The notes below the pieces were generated by a model, which searched no databases, was not told where the DNA came from, and saw only the letters and a program-made list of their open reading frames with translations. A DNA stretch of 64,000 nucleotides from Nitrososphaerales archaeon (GTDB lineage Archaea > Thermoproteota > Nitrososphaeria > Nitrososphaerales > UBA213): the NCBI GenBank assembly GCA_046759465.1, contig JBHICH010000004.1, positions 81 to 64,080 on the forward strand, written 5' to 3'. Of the stretch, positions 17,672 through 26,360 are shown one piece after another. The first letter of the stretch is position 1. Every line of letters starts with the position of its first letter. The position numbers were made by a program, and so were the translations under genes.

Positions 17672-18802
17672 ATGAATGAGAATGTATTGCTGGTTTTTCC
17701 ATCAATCTTCTCCAGAAATAAAATTGATGTCCTAAAATCCAGCATAAAGAATGCTCTAGAGTCGCACAAGCTCGAATGCAAAGATATAGTTATAGATAGT
17801 GATCTCGTAATTGTTGATATTAAAGATGCTGTCGCTGCAGCATCAGTTGTTTCCGATTTATTTGGCGTGGACAAAGTTGCAGTTGCAAACAAAACTAGTA
17901 GCAAGTTCACTGAACTAGTGGCAGCAATAGTTGATGCAGGCAAGAAGATAGTGCATGAAGGAGAAACATTTGCAGTTAAGGTAATGGCAAATAACAAAGA
18001 CTATGTTGGAAGGGATGTTGAATTTGCTGCTACTGCGGCTTTAATCGGAGAACTATCAAAATTAAATATCAAAGCAGTTGACGAGCAAGAGTGTAACAAA
18101 CTTATCTATGTGCATTTATCAAAAGACTCTGCGTATGTTTGTTTGTTCGTTGATAAAGGAATGAATGGACTGCCAGTAGCGTCACAAAACGAACAGTTAC
18201 TATCTAGTCTGCATAACAGTCTCTCGGCACTCTCGTGTTTGATGGCTGTTAAATGCGGTTTCAATCCCAAACTAGTTCTGATAAAAATAAATGAAGATAA
18301 TTTCAGAGAAGGTGCGAAGCATATAGAGTTGATCGCAAAGAGACTCGGTAAAAAGCAAATAAAACTAGATATTGCAACTTTTGAGATTTCTAATAGTGGC
18401 TCGCATCTACTCACTGTCGAGAGAATTTCATCTGTGTTACTAGCCAAACTATCCTCACAATATAACATTAAAAATATCGCCTTGCCATTCAGCACGGCAA
18501 TATTTCCTGCTTGGTTTATTTCAGATATTGTAAGAGATGTTGCGAAAGTAGCTACTCCATGGCTACCACTGATATTCATGAGCGATGAACTATACACTAA
18601 TGCAAGAATGTTGGGAATGAAAGAAGCTCATCTTACTGAAATAGACAGAATAGGCAGAACAAGTTTTGATGCTGACAAATATGCGCAATTGATGAAGACT
18701 ATCGATCTGGAAGACGTTATTGGTAATGCCTTGAAATCAATGAAGACAATTGATTTAGAAGTAGGACCTAACTATCTGCACGATATTCTCGATTCCATCT
18801 AG
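17672..18802 (+). CDS. ThiI-like protein (NFLD-THUMP plus PP-loop-like domain with degenerate ATP motif)
   Basis: 376 aa with THUMP-like ETFAVKV...GRDVEF. The junction KGMNGLPVASQNEQLLSSLHNSLSALSCLMAVKCGF aligns with ThiI G.GGLPVG..GK.L.LLSGGIDSPVAA.LMMKRG, so SGGIDS is replaced by SSLHNS. Confidence 0.7.
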   Translation: MNENVLLVFPSIFSRNKIDVLKSSIKNALESHKLECKDIVIDSDLVIVDIKDAVAAASVVSDLFGVDKVAVANKTSSKFTELVAAIVDAGKKIVHEGETFAVKVMANNKDYVGRDVEFAATAALIGELSKLNIKAVDEQECNKLIYVHLSKDSAYVCLFVDKGMNGLPVASQNEQLLSSLHNSLSALSCLMAVKCGFNPKLVLIKINEDNFREGAKHIELIAKRLGKKQIKLDIATFEISNSGSHLLTVERISSVLLAKLSSQYNIKNIALPFSTAIFPAWFISDIVRDVAKVATPWLPLIFMSDELYTNARMLGMKEAHLTEIDRIGRTSFDADKYAQLMKTIDLEDVIGNALKSMKTIDLEVGPNYLHDILDSI

Positions 18803-19921
18803 TTTGTTTGCAAAGTCCATAAGCATCTTAGCTTGATTAGCAAATCTTGAATCATTAAGCACCTGAAGAACTGCATTAGAAAGATCTTCAGGCTTCAAAC
18901 CCCTCTGTCTTATCCTTAAACCCAAACCGATCTTCTGTGCCTTTCCAGAATTGCCAGTTTGTTCACCATGATTCTCTATTGGTATTGTAACTACAGGCTT
19001 GCCATACTGTATTGCTTGTGCCAAACTTGAATGACCCCCCCTTAGTATCAGCAAATTACTCATTGCAAAGATTTCATCTCTAACAGGACACCATTCGAAA
19101 TACCAGCCACCGGATATCCTTCTTGGTACTGTGTCGCCTTTTGGCTTGCCTTCGGAAACTACGAACTGAACCTTATCATTAACCTTCTTCAACCCTTCTA
19201 TTGCTGTGTTTAGCACATGCATCTTAGTCTCCGTTGGTCCACTTATATGCGCAAAGACAATTGGCACGCCTCGATCAAATCCGAGCAATTTAGCAACTTT
19301 GTCAACATACTCTTCACTCACAGAAGGTTTTGGTGCCATGAACCCAACGTAGTTTAGTTTATTTGTAACACCGGAAACTGACCAGAGGTTTTGCTCTGAC
19401 AGTGTGTATGGTGGAGGCAGATCTGGAATTAGTATTGTGTCACTCCTTGACCAAAGCATGCCGAGAAATTCTGCTATCGTTCGTTCAACACCAAGTGCTA
19501 ACAGAAATTCTCTAAGCCTTGGAGATAGCAATAATCTAATCTGATTGATTATCGTAATACAGGGCAAACCAAGCCACTTTGCCGCCAAAAGCGATGACAA
19601 CCTTGTATCAGACAAAATTACATCTGGTTTAAAACTTCCAAAGTTTTTAATCTCATCATTACATTGCATGATAAAGTTAATGAAGTTCTTTGGGAGTTTT
19701 GATATGCTATTTTTTATCGAGAAGCCACCGTCAGCACTCCAGGCAAACTCAACTGCGGGAACATCAAAGCACTCAAACCCATGCATGTTAACGTAGTTTA
19801 CAGCATCACCAAAGGAAGAGAATTTGATATCGGCAAATTGTGCTAGTTTGTTTCCAACCAATAACATTCTACTTGCATGTCCCAAGCCTACCCCATACAG
19901 CGCAACGTATACCTTGTTCAT
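18755..19921 (-). CDS. glycosyltransferase, GT1/GT28 (MurG/UDP-glucuronosyltransferase-like, MJ1255-type)
   Basis: 388 aa with an N-terminal G-rich loop (YGVGLGHASR) and a C-terminal donor-binding region (RGGHSSLAQAIQYGKPVVTIP...EQ..N). Confidence 0.75.
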   Translation of the reverse strand: MNKVYVALYGVGLGHASRMLLVGNKLAQFADIKFSSFGDAVNYVNMHGFECFDVPAVEFAWSADGGFSIKNSISKLPKNFINFIMQCNDEIKNFGSFKPDVILSDTRLSSLLAAKWLGLPCITIINQIRLLLSPRLREFLLALGVERTIAEFLGMLWSRSDTILIPDLPPPYTLSEQNLWSVSGVTNKLNYVGFMAPKPSVSEEYVDKVAKLLGFDRGVPIVFAHISGPTETKMHVLNTAIEGLKKVNDKVQFVVSEGKPKGDTVPRRISGGWYFEWCPVRDEIFAMSNLLILRGGHSSLAQAIQYGKPVVTIPIENHGEQTGNSGKAQKIGLGLRIRQRGLKPEDLSNAVLQVLNDSRFANQAKMLMDFANKLDGIENIVQIVRSYF

Positions 19922-20019
19922 TATACTCCCGTATATTCATTAGAATATATAACTTAATAATTGTCATTTCTCCTCTAGTGCTTTGATCTGAAGCAATCAG
20001 TTGATTAGTCTAATAATTG

Positions 20020-20607
20020 TTAAGAGCCCAAAGTAACTCTAACTACATTTCCTTTCGGTTCAACTTCCTTGAAAACTATAGCTTCAAATCTGTACACTTT
20101 TGTGTCTTCATAAACCCAGCAGTCTGGCATCGCACCCGCCTTCACGCAAGTTTCACACAAAAACTGTTCTTCATCCCACTTGTACTCTACAGGAACCTGT
20201 GGTAGTAACAGACCTGAGCCGTATCGCCAATGTATAATCAATCCGTCTTTACCAACCTTTATCTTTTCTTTGTACTGTTTTGGATCTTCTACCCTGATAA
20301 GTTCAGGTCGTGTCAATATGCTGATTTCAATCGATATTTTAGCCAGCTCTTCATTTGTGACTGGACTAAATCTAGGATCGCTGGTTGCGGAAGCTATTGC
20401 AGCATTGATCACAGCATCGTAAAGAACCTTCTCAGGCATTGGAAATCCTACGCATCCTCTCAACTCTTCAGTCCCTTTCCCGATGGAATTCAAAGTCACG
20501 AAGACTCCGGCCCTTTCATTATACTTTTTCACAATATTATCAGGTGTGGTTATCTTCACATTATTTGCAATATAATTCTCAACGGCATCTCTTGCCAGTC
20601 TTACCAA
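20020..20607 (-). CDS. AMMECR1 domain protein
   Basis: 195 aa. GVFVTL.......LRGCVGFP is the hallmark AMMECR1 motif, and DPRF.PV is also present. Confidence 0.85.
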   Translation of the reverse strand: MVRLARDAVENYIANNVKITTPDNIVKKYNERAGVFVTLNSIGKGTEELRGCVGFPMPEKVLYDAVINAAIASATSDPRFSPVTNEELAKISIEISILTRPELIRVEDPKQYKEKIKVGKDGLIIHWRYGSGLLLPQVPVEYKWDEEQFLCETCVKAGAMPDCWVYEDTKVYRFEAIVFKEVEPKGNVVRVTLGS

Positions 20608-20623
20608 CTGCAGACCATCTTCA

Positions 20624-21127
20624 TTACTCAGATTCAGAATTGCCCAACCTCTTGTTCACATTGAATCCAAACTCTTGCAACTTTTTCAAATGACTGCCTT
20701 CCCAGTAAACTTTGTTGCACTGTTTACAAAAATAAAATTTCTCATGGCGAGCAAGGACATTTATAGGAATGTAGTCCTTAACTGAATTTTTATCACTTAT
20801 ACTGAGTGTATTATTGCACAGAGGACACCTTGATCGTTGCGGAACAAATTCAACGCTATTTATCCCAAAATTCTTCAGTACGTGAACCATGTCGTCGAGA
20901 TCGTTAGAACCAACTATTAAAATACCGTCAAGTCCGATATTTATTGCTCTTTGAAAAAGCATTTTATCGCACGTTAGTATAACCCTATTTTCTTGCTTCC
21001 CAACTTCAATTAGTCTATCATCATCTGCATCGTTATAATACAACGTGTCAAAACCAAACATTCGTAACTTTCTTGCCAAACTACCAAGCATGCCATCAAC
21101 AACAAAAACAGAACCCATCTTTCTCAT
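20624..21127 (-). CDS. Mut7-C (PIN-like) RNase domain protein with C-terminal zinc ribbon
   Basis: 167 aa. FVVDGMLGSLARKLRMFGFDT, ILTCD, and C-terminal CPLCN...CKQCNKVYWEGSH match the Mut7-C/DUF82 architecture. Confidence 0.8.
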   Translation of the reverse strand: MRKMGSVFVVDGMLGSLARKLRMFGFDTLYYNDADDDRLIEVGKQENRVILTCDKMLFQRAINIGLDGILIVGSNDLDDMVHVLKNFGINSVEFVPQRSRCPLCNNTLSISDKNSVKDYIPINVLARHEKFYFCKQCNKVYWEGSHLKKLQEFGFNVNKRLGNSESE

Positions 21128-21231
21128 CGTTGCTCAGAAGTAGAAACTTCGCTGATCACTAGAATGTCCATGATATCCCTGACCATAACTCTACTAGTTA
21201 CATTTGATTCTTCTTCCTCTCTGCGACCCAT
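21124..21231 (-). CDS. 35-aa mini-ORF overlapping the Mut7-C start (ATGA junction), hypothetical
   Basis: Own translation: MGRREEEESNVTSRVMVRDIMDILVISEVSTSEQR. Its stop TGA overlaps the Mut7-C ATG. There is no homology evidence. Confidence 0.2.
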   Translation of the reverse strand: MGRREEEESNVTSRVMVRDIMDILVISEVSTSEQR

Positions 21232-21370
21232 ATCTATCCTTCCCTAACCTCACTCTTAATCATTTTGTTGCAAGATAGCACTGCAAGCTTTGCTAACATA
21301 ATATCTATTACAAGTTGTTTCGTTGACCAAAAGAAATTAAACCAAGTCCATCCACAGAGAAGCAAGAACA

Positions 21371-21667
21371 GTGTTGGGACCAATCGACCAGATCTTTTGG
21401 ATGAGAATATTATTTGGCGTGGTAGCTGGCATAATTGCTGGTGCACTTGGCTACCTCAGTTTTAATCCAATGGCATTCAGGGGGATTGGAATCGGCTTCA
21501 TGATCTACTTTGCGTCTTATGTTGTAGCAAGGTTCTCAATTGGAAAGTATTTGCCGCCAACTGATTATCGTAAGATGATTACGACTGGTATGGCCGGTTA
21601 TGTGTTCATGTTCATGGTCATGTGGATACTTTACAATACATTCACGCTGGCTGAACAGACAGGTTAA
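21371..21667 (+). CDS. small 3-TM membrane protein, unknown function
   Basis: 98 aa with three hydrophobic segments, upstream of the cbi genes on the same strand. Confidence 0.5.
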   Translation: MLGPIDQIFWMRILFGVVAGIIAGALGYLSFNPMAFRGIGIGFMIYFASYVVARFSIGKYLPPTDYRKMITTGMAGYVFMFMVMWILYNTFTLAEQTG

Positions 21668-21694
21668 ATACAGTTTTTCTCAAATAATGCTGAA

Positions 21695-22285
21695 TTGTGG
21701 AATTATCGAACACCAGGCATCCCAGATGAAATGTTCGAAAGGAATGAACGGGTGCCAATAACAAAGGAAGAGGTCAGGGTTATTGCATTAAGCAAGGCCA
21801 GATTGAACAGTGGTCATACAGTTATTGATGTTGGATGCGGAAGTGGTAGTATTACTGTAGAGGCTGCAATGCAGATTGCACCAAATGGAAATATGTACGC
21901 AATCGATCAGGATGAGGAGGCAATTAAGTTGACTAAGGAAAATGTAAGCAAGTTCAATGTTACGAATATAGAGATTATACATTCAAAGGCGCAAGATGCA
22001 ATTGGCAGATTACCAAACGCAGACGCTATCTTTATTGGAGGAACAGCTGGGGACACCTATGATATCATCAAACTTGTATACAATAAGTTGAAGAGCAAGG
22101 GTAGGGTTGTGATCGACACAATACTGATAGAAACTATGTATCATTCATTGAAGGCGGTAGATGAATTAAATCTGGAAAATGTTGATGTCACTCAGATAAC
22201 GGTATCAAAAAGCAGAAAGGTGAGCACGGGAACTATGATGCTTGCTAGAAATCCTGTTGTAATAATATCTGCAGAGAAACGATAG
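21695..22285 (+). CDS. cbiT: cobalt-precorrin-6B C15-methyltransferase (decarboxylating) CbiT
   Basis: 196 aa with a TTG start. IPDEMFER...ITKEEVR and the SAM motif VIDVGCGSGSITVEAA are as in CbiT. Confidence 0.8.
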   Translation: MWNYRTPGIPDEMFERNERVPITKEEVRVIALSKARLNSGHTVIDVGCGSGSITVEAAMQIAPNGNMYAIDQDEEAIKLTKENVSKFNVTNIEIIHSKAQDAIGRLPNADAIFIGGTAGDTYDIIKLVYNKLKSKGRVVIDTILIETMYHSLKAVDELNLENVDVTQITVSKSRKVSTGTMMLARNPVVIISAEKR

Positions 22286-22329
22286 TTATTGCGTTTAAAT
22301 ATAACAAAAATGCTAATGCTAGCACTGAC

Positions 22330-23058
22330 ATGGCAGGCAAACTATTTTGTTTAGGCTGTGGTCCTGGAGACCCAGAATTATTGACACTGAAGGTTACTAC
22401 TATACTCAAGTCAGCAGATGTGATATTTTGTCCAACAGCGAGAGTTGGAAGGGAGAGCATGGCATTATCGATAGTAAAACCAATTTTAGGCAAGAGGAAG
22501 AAGAAGCCAGAGATAATTGATCTCCTATTTCCAATGGTCAAGGACAAGGCAACTTTGCAGCAAACATGGAAGAACAATGCTGACAAGATAGCAGAGAAAT
22601 GTATTGCTGGCAAGAAGGTCGCATACCTTTGCGTTGGTGATCCTTCATTGTATAGCACGTTTACATACATACACAAGGAACTAAAAAAAAGATACCCACA
22701 AGTAGCGATTGAGATAGTGCCTGGCGTTGCATCAATTTTTGCATTTGCATGTCAGGCGAAGATTAGTTTGGCAGCGGGAGACGAAACACTCGCAATCGTA
22801 CCTGCATGTTACGATCTTAACAGGGTAAAATCAACGGCAAGCTCTTGCGATACTGTAATTTTCCTTAAGGATGGCAGATACTTCAGCAGTGTTGTTGAAA
22901 TGTTAAAGCAGTCAGGTTTTTCTGAAGATTCACTAATCGCAATTGCACAAGATGTTTCTGCTGAGGGCGAAGTTGTCAAGCTTGCAAAGTTGAAGGATGT
23001 AACAAACAGCGAGCCAGCAGAAAAATATTTTTCAATAATGGTGGTAAAGCGTGACTAA
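22330..23058 (+). CDS. cbiL: cobalt-factor II / precorrin-2 C20-methyltransferase CbiL
   Basis: GKLFCLGCGPGDPELLTLK, LFPM, GDPSLYSTFTYI and PGVAS are tetrapyrrole methylase motifs of the CbiL/CobI type. Confidence 0.85.
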   Translation: MAGKLFCLGCGPGDPELLTLKVTTILKSADVIFCPTARVGRESMALSIVKPILGKRKKKPEIIDLLFPMVKDKATLQQTWKNNADKIAEKCIAGKKVAYLCVGDPSLYSTFTYIHKELKKRYPQVAIEIVPGVASIFAFACQAKISLAAGDETLAIVPACYDLNRVKSTASSCDTVIFLKDGRYFSSVVEMLKQSGFSEDSLIAIAQDVSAEGEVVKLAKLKDVTNSEPAEKYFSIMVVKRD

Positions 23059-23824
23059 ACCCAAGGTTTGTTTCGTAGGTGCAGGTCCAGGAGATCCTGA
23101 ACTTATTACACTAAAGGCAAAGAGAATGATAGAAACTGCAGATACAATTGTTTATTCAGGCTCACTGTTAAATCCAAAATTGCTAGAGTATGCAAAGAAG
23201 GATACAGAATTGCATGATGCAGCAAAAATCGATAGAGAAAAGATTTTTGAAATCTTAAGGGATGCAGCAAAGAGGGGAAAGTTTGCAATCAGACTGCATG
23301 ATGGCGATCCGGCACTCTTCAGTGCAATTAGAGAGCAGATAGATAAGTTGCAAGTGGAAGGAATAGAATGTGAAGTTGTGCCCGGAATAAGTGCATTGTT
23401 TGCTGCAGCAGCAAGGCTGAACCTAGAACTAACCCTGCCTGGTATAACACAAACTGTCATAATAACAAGGGCTGAATTAAGAACGTCTGTTCCGGAGAGA
23501 GAAAGGATATCAGAACTTGCGAAGCATGAGAGTACAATTGCATTTTACCTAAGCGTTCACTTGACACAAAATCTTGTCAAGCAACTACTTGTTGGTGGTT
23601 ACTCAAAAGAAACTCCAGCCGTTGTGGTGTACAGAGCTAGCTGGGACGACGAACGCGTAATAATCGGCACGCTAGCAGATATAGCAAAGAAGGTAAAGGC
23701 TGCGAGGATAAATAAGACAGCAGTTGTTGTAGTTGGAGATGTGATACGGCCAAAAAGTTACGAATACTCAAGGGTTTACGACCCCGCATTTACTCACACC
23801 TACAGAAAAGGAAGAAAAAGTTAG
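23051..23824 (+). CDS. cbiF: cobalt-precorrin-4 C11-methyltransferase CbiF
   Basis: FVGAGPGDPELITLKA, VYSGSL, RLHDGDPALFSAIREQ and TLPGITQTVIITR match CbiF/CobM. The GTG start overlaps the cbiL end by 8 nt. Confidence 0.85.
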   Translation: MTKPKVCFVGAGPGDPELITLKAKRMIETADTIVYSGSLLNPKLLEYAKKDTELHDAAKIDREKIFEILRDAAKRGKFAIRLHDGDPALFSAIREQIDKLQVEGIECEVVPGISALFAAAARLNLELTLPGITQTVIITRAELRTSVPERERISELAKHESTIAFYLSVHLTQNLVKQLLVGGYSKETPAVVVYRASWDDERVIIGTLADIAKKVKAARINKTAVVVVGDVIRPKSYEYSRVYDPAFTHTYRKGRKS

Positions 23825-24054
23825 GGTCTTCTACTCCAGCGTATTACCAAGAATGTGCTTGCTACAGCACCAGCAACGCCAGAGATTATTGCTCCTATGA
23901 AGACTGGGTTCGGTACTAAGTTCGGCAATGCATTTGGTAATGTATTCGATAGCCAACTCCATACGGTTGGATATGCCAGATAGCCTAGAAAGCCAATGGC
24001 AAACCCTATAATACAAAATACAGAGAGTGCTGCGAACCTTCCCATTGCAAGCAC
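23821..24054 (-). CDS. small 2-TM membrane protein, unknown function
   Basis: 77 aa with two hydrophobic helices separated by LSNTLPNALPNLVPNP. It starts 4 nt after the stop of the cdvB-like gene on the same strand. Confidence 0.5.
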   Translation of the reverse strand: MLAMGRFAALSVFCIIGFAIGFLGYLAYPTVWSWLSNTLPNALPNLVPNPVFIGAIISGVAGAVASTFLVIRWSRRP

Positions 24055-24058
24055 CTAT

Positions 24059-24691
24059 CTATATGAATCGAGGTAACTCATCTGAACCTGGCACCGATGG
24101 TAGTCTACTGTCAACGTTTTTCTCAGCAACTGCAGATGCCTCAGCAAGTATCTTCTCGACTTCTTCGCTAGACACATCGTTCTGGAAATTGAAGTTGCCT
24201 CCCTGTAGTGTATCTACTAGCAAGTTACCCAACATGCCTGTCATATCGCCTATCTCATTTTCAGCTTCAGGCATGAACTTCACTATGCCTGTCTTCACAC
24301 TCTTCAAGGCACCCACAGCAGGTACGAGTGCCACTACTGCATCACCTACATCGTGAACAGTTCCAAGTCTCAAGTGTACTTGCTCCAACGCCAATCTTGT
24401 ATGGTTTAGCATCTTCGTTACCTTGCGTACCTCGGCAAGTTCGTTTGAAAGTACTCTACCAGCATCGATGTCATGCCTCTGCATGGAATCAACTATCTTC
24501 TTGAATAGTGTAGAATCCTTCTCTCGCATCTTTGCAAGCATCGTATCCATCTTCTGGATCTGTGCTTGCAGTCTGTTCGTTGCGGAGTCTAGTCTTGGTT
24601 TTAGTGGTCCCTGAGGTTTCACTTGGTCTTTTATCTTCTCGCTGATTCCTCTGTTGTCTCTTCTCGTCCAGTTCTTACTAAACCCGCTCAT
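24059..24691 (-). CDS. cdvB: ESCRT-III/Snf7-family protein (short CdvB paralogue)
   Basis: 210 aa. The pattern PLKPRLDSATNRLQAQIQKMD...ELAEVRK...LEQVHLRLGTV...AVGALKSV...MPEAENEIGDM matches the archaeal CdvB core. No C-terminal winged-helix extension is present. Confidence 0.8.
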   Translation of the reverse strand: MSGFSKNWTRRDNRGISEKIKDQVKPQGPLKPRLDSATNRLQAQIQKMDTMLAKMREKDSTLFKKIVDSMQRHDIDAGRVLSNELAEVRKVTKMLNHTRLALEQVHLRLGTVHDVGDAVVALVPAVGALKSVKTGIVKFMPEAENEIGDMTGMLGNLLVDTLQGGNFNFQNDVSSEEVEKILAEASAVAEKNVDSRLPSVPGSDELPRFI

Positions 24692-24811
24692 GTGTGATCC
24701 TGTTGCGTTTTGTTATTAATTTTAGGTGTGTATAATTATTGATAACAAAGATAAACTGCTAACTTGTCCACTTAGAAACTAAATTATTAGTGAGTATGAC
24801 TTCGTTATACT

Positions 24812-25624
24812 GTGCCAGATAAAAGGCCTATAGGTGTTTTTGATTCTGGAATGGGCTCACTGTCACTCATTCAGGCATTAAGGCAGGAGCTGCCAAATGA
24901 ATCAATAGTCTACCTTGCTGACCGAGTGCACTATCCATATGGCAAGAAGAGCAGAGAGCAGTTAAGGTCGATAATAATACAAACGATAAGGTTTTTAGAA
25001 AAATTTGACCTAAAGGCGATCGTAGCTGCATCTATAACACCATCGATGCTCGTGTTAAAGGAAGCTAGGCTTTATACAAATATTCCAGTCTTTGGTGTTT
25101 ATCCAACGATAAGTGATGCAGTAGGGTTATCAAAAACTAAACAGATTGCACTACTGGCAACAGAAGGAACAATAAACAGCGATGAACTACACGAATATGT
25201 AAAACCATACATAACAACAGCCAGGATAGTTATGGTAAATGCATCACCAATAATTGATCTTGTAGAATCTGGCAAATTTTTGGAAAGTGCAACTGAAGCA
25301 AAGGAAAGTATGGTAAATGCAATGCAAAGTATAAAGACAAATCCAAAGATCGATGTTGCTATTTTAGCTAGCACGCACTTGGTTTTGATCAAAGATCTTC
25401 TAGCAAATCTGTTCCCGAAGGTGCAGTTAATCAATCCAGCACTTAACACTGTCAATCAGGTCAAGACATACTTGCAGTACCAGAACATTACAAATCAGGG
25501 CAAGGGGACAATGAAGATCTTAGTATCAAAAGGCAAGGTGCAGTTTGAAAGAGTAGTCAAGGCACTTGGTATAAAGGAGAGCATAGAGGAAGTTTTGCTT
25601 GATTTTAAAATTGAACCCTTTTAA
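24812..25624 (+). CDS. glutamate racemase (MurI)-family protein with Ser at both catalytic Cys positions
   Basis: 270 aa with a GTG start. IGVFDSGMGSLS, VYLADRVHYPYGKKS and NIPVFGV align with MurI, but the ACNTAS and GCTHYP motifs read AASITPS and ASTHLV. Confidence 0.75.
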   Translation: MPDKRPIGVFDSGMGSLSLIQALRQELPNESIVYLADRVHYPYGKKSREQLRSIIIQTIRFLEKFDLKAIVAASITPSMLVLKEARLYTNIPVFGVYPTISDAVGLSKTKQIALLATEGTINSDELHEYVKPYITTARIVMVNASPIIDLVESGKFLESATEAKESMVNAMQSIKTNPKIDVAILASTHLVLIKDLLANLFPKVQLINPALNTVNQVKTYLQYQNITNQGKGTMKILVSKGKVQFERVVKALGIKESIEEVLLDFKIEPF

Positions 25625-26289
25625 TTACTGTTAATTATATTTCTGATCTTTCTAAATACTTTTATCCAATCATTCCATGTTAGTTTTCCTGTTTGTGTAT
25701 TTTGCCTGCTCGGATGATAGCACGCAACAAGCGTCAAGTTGTCCGATAAATCGTAGATCGCAGCATGCTTGAACCTCAAGCCCTTTATGCCTCGCATAGA
25801 TGTGTATGTATTGAACGCAAGTACGCCAAGTGCCAAAATTACTTTAATATGCCTCAAGATCTTCAGCTCTTCAACGAGGTAGCTTGAACAGTTTTCAATC
25901 TCTTGCTTGCTAGGTTTGTTCCCGGGAGGAGCACATCTCAATATTGCAGTTACGTATACTGACTTCAACTTCAAGCCATCATCTCTTCTCATGCTGTTTG
26001 GATGGTTTGCAAAGCCACTTTCGTATAAGGCTCTCATGAGCCAGTCACCTGAAGAGTCCCCTGTGAACATTCTTCCTGTTCGGTTGCCACCATGAGCTGC
26101 TGGTGCCAAACCAATTATCAGTATTTTAGCATTTGGATCGCCAAAACCTGGCAATGGTCTTCCCCAATAATTCCAATCATTGTAACGCTTGACCTTCATC
26201 TTCGCAACAGTTGCGATATACTTTGCCAGCCTGGGACACTTTTTGCAGTTTATTATTATAGAATTAAGTTCCTGCAAATTACTTGACAT
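25621..26289 (-). CDS. uracil-DNA glycosylase, family 5 (UdgB)-like, Fe-S type
   Basis: 222 aa with CKKCPRL, motif A GLAPAAHGGNRTGRMFTGDSSG (GLAPA rather than the family-4 GEGPG) and C-terminal HPS..N. Confidence 0.8.
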   Translation of the reverse strand: MSSNLQELNSIIINCKKCPRLAKYIATVAKMKVKRYNDWNYWGRPLPGFGDPNAKILIIGLAPAAHGGNRTGRMFTGDSSGDWLMRALYESGFANHPNSMRRDDGLKLKSVYVTAILRCAPPGNKPSKQEIENCSSYLVEELKILRHIKVILALGVLAFNTYTSMRGIKGLRFKHAAIYDLSDNLTLVACYHPSRQNTQTGKLTWNDWIKVFRKIRNIINSN

Positions 26290-26360
26290 TCAATAGGTAA
26301 ATAAAAATAGGTATTATTTTTGTGTTGCATATAAAAACGTTACATCAAAAATTTAGGGAA

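Noticed and set aside
17605-18597. 130-aa and 163-aa minus-strand ORFs (17605..17997, 18106..18597)
   Set aside because: Both lie antisense within the ThiI-like gene and have no motifs, so they are treated as shadow ORFs.
22245-22676. 143-aa minus-strand ORF
   Set aside because: It is antisense to cbiL, which has unmistakable tetrapyrrole-methylase motifs, so it is a shadow ORF.
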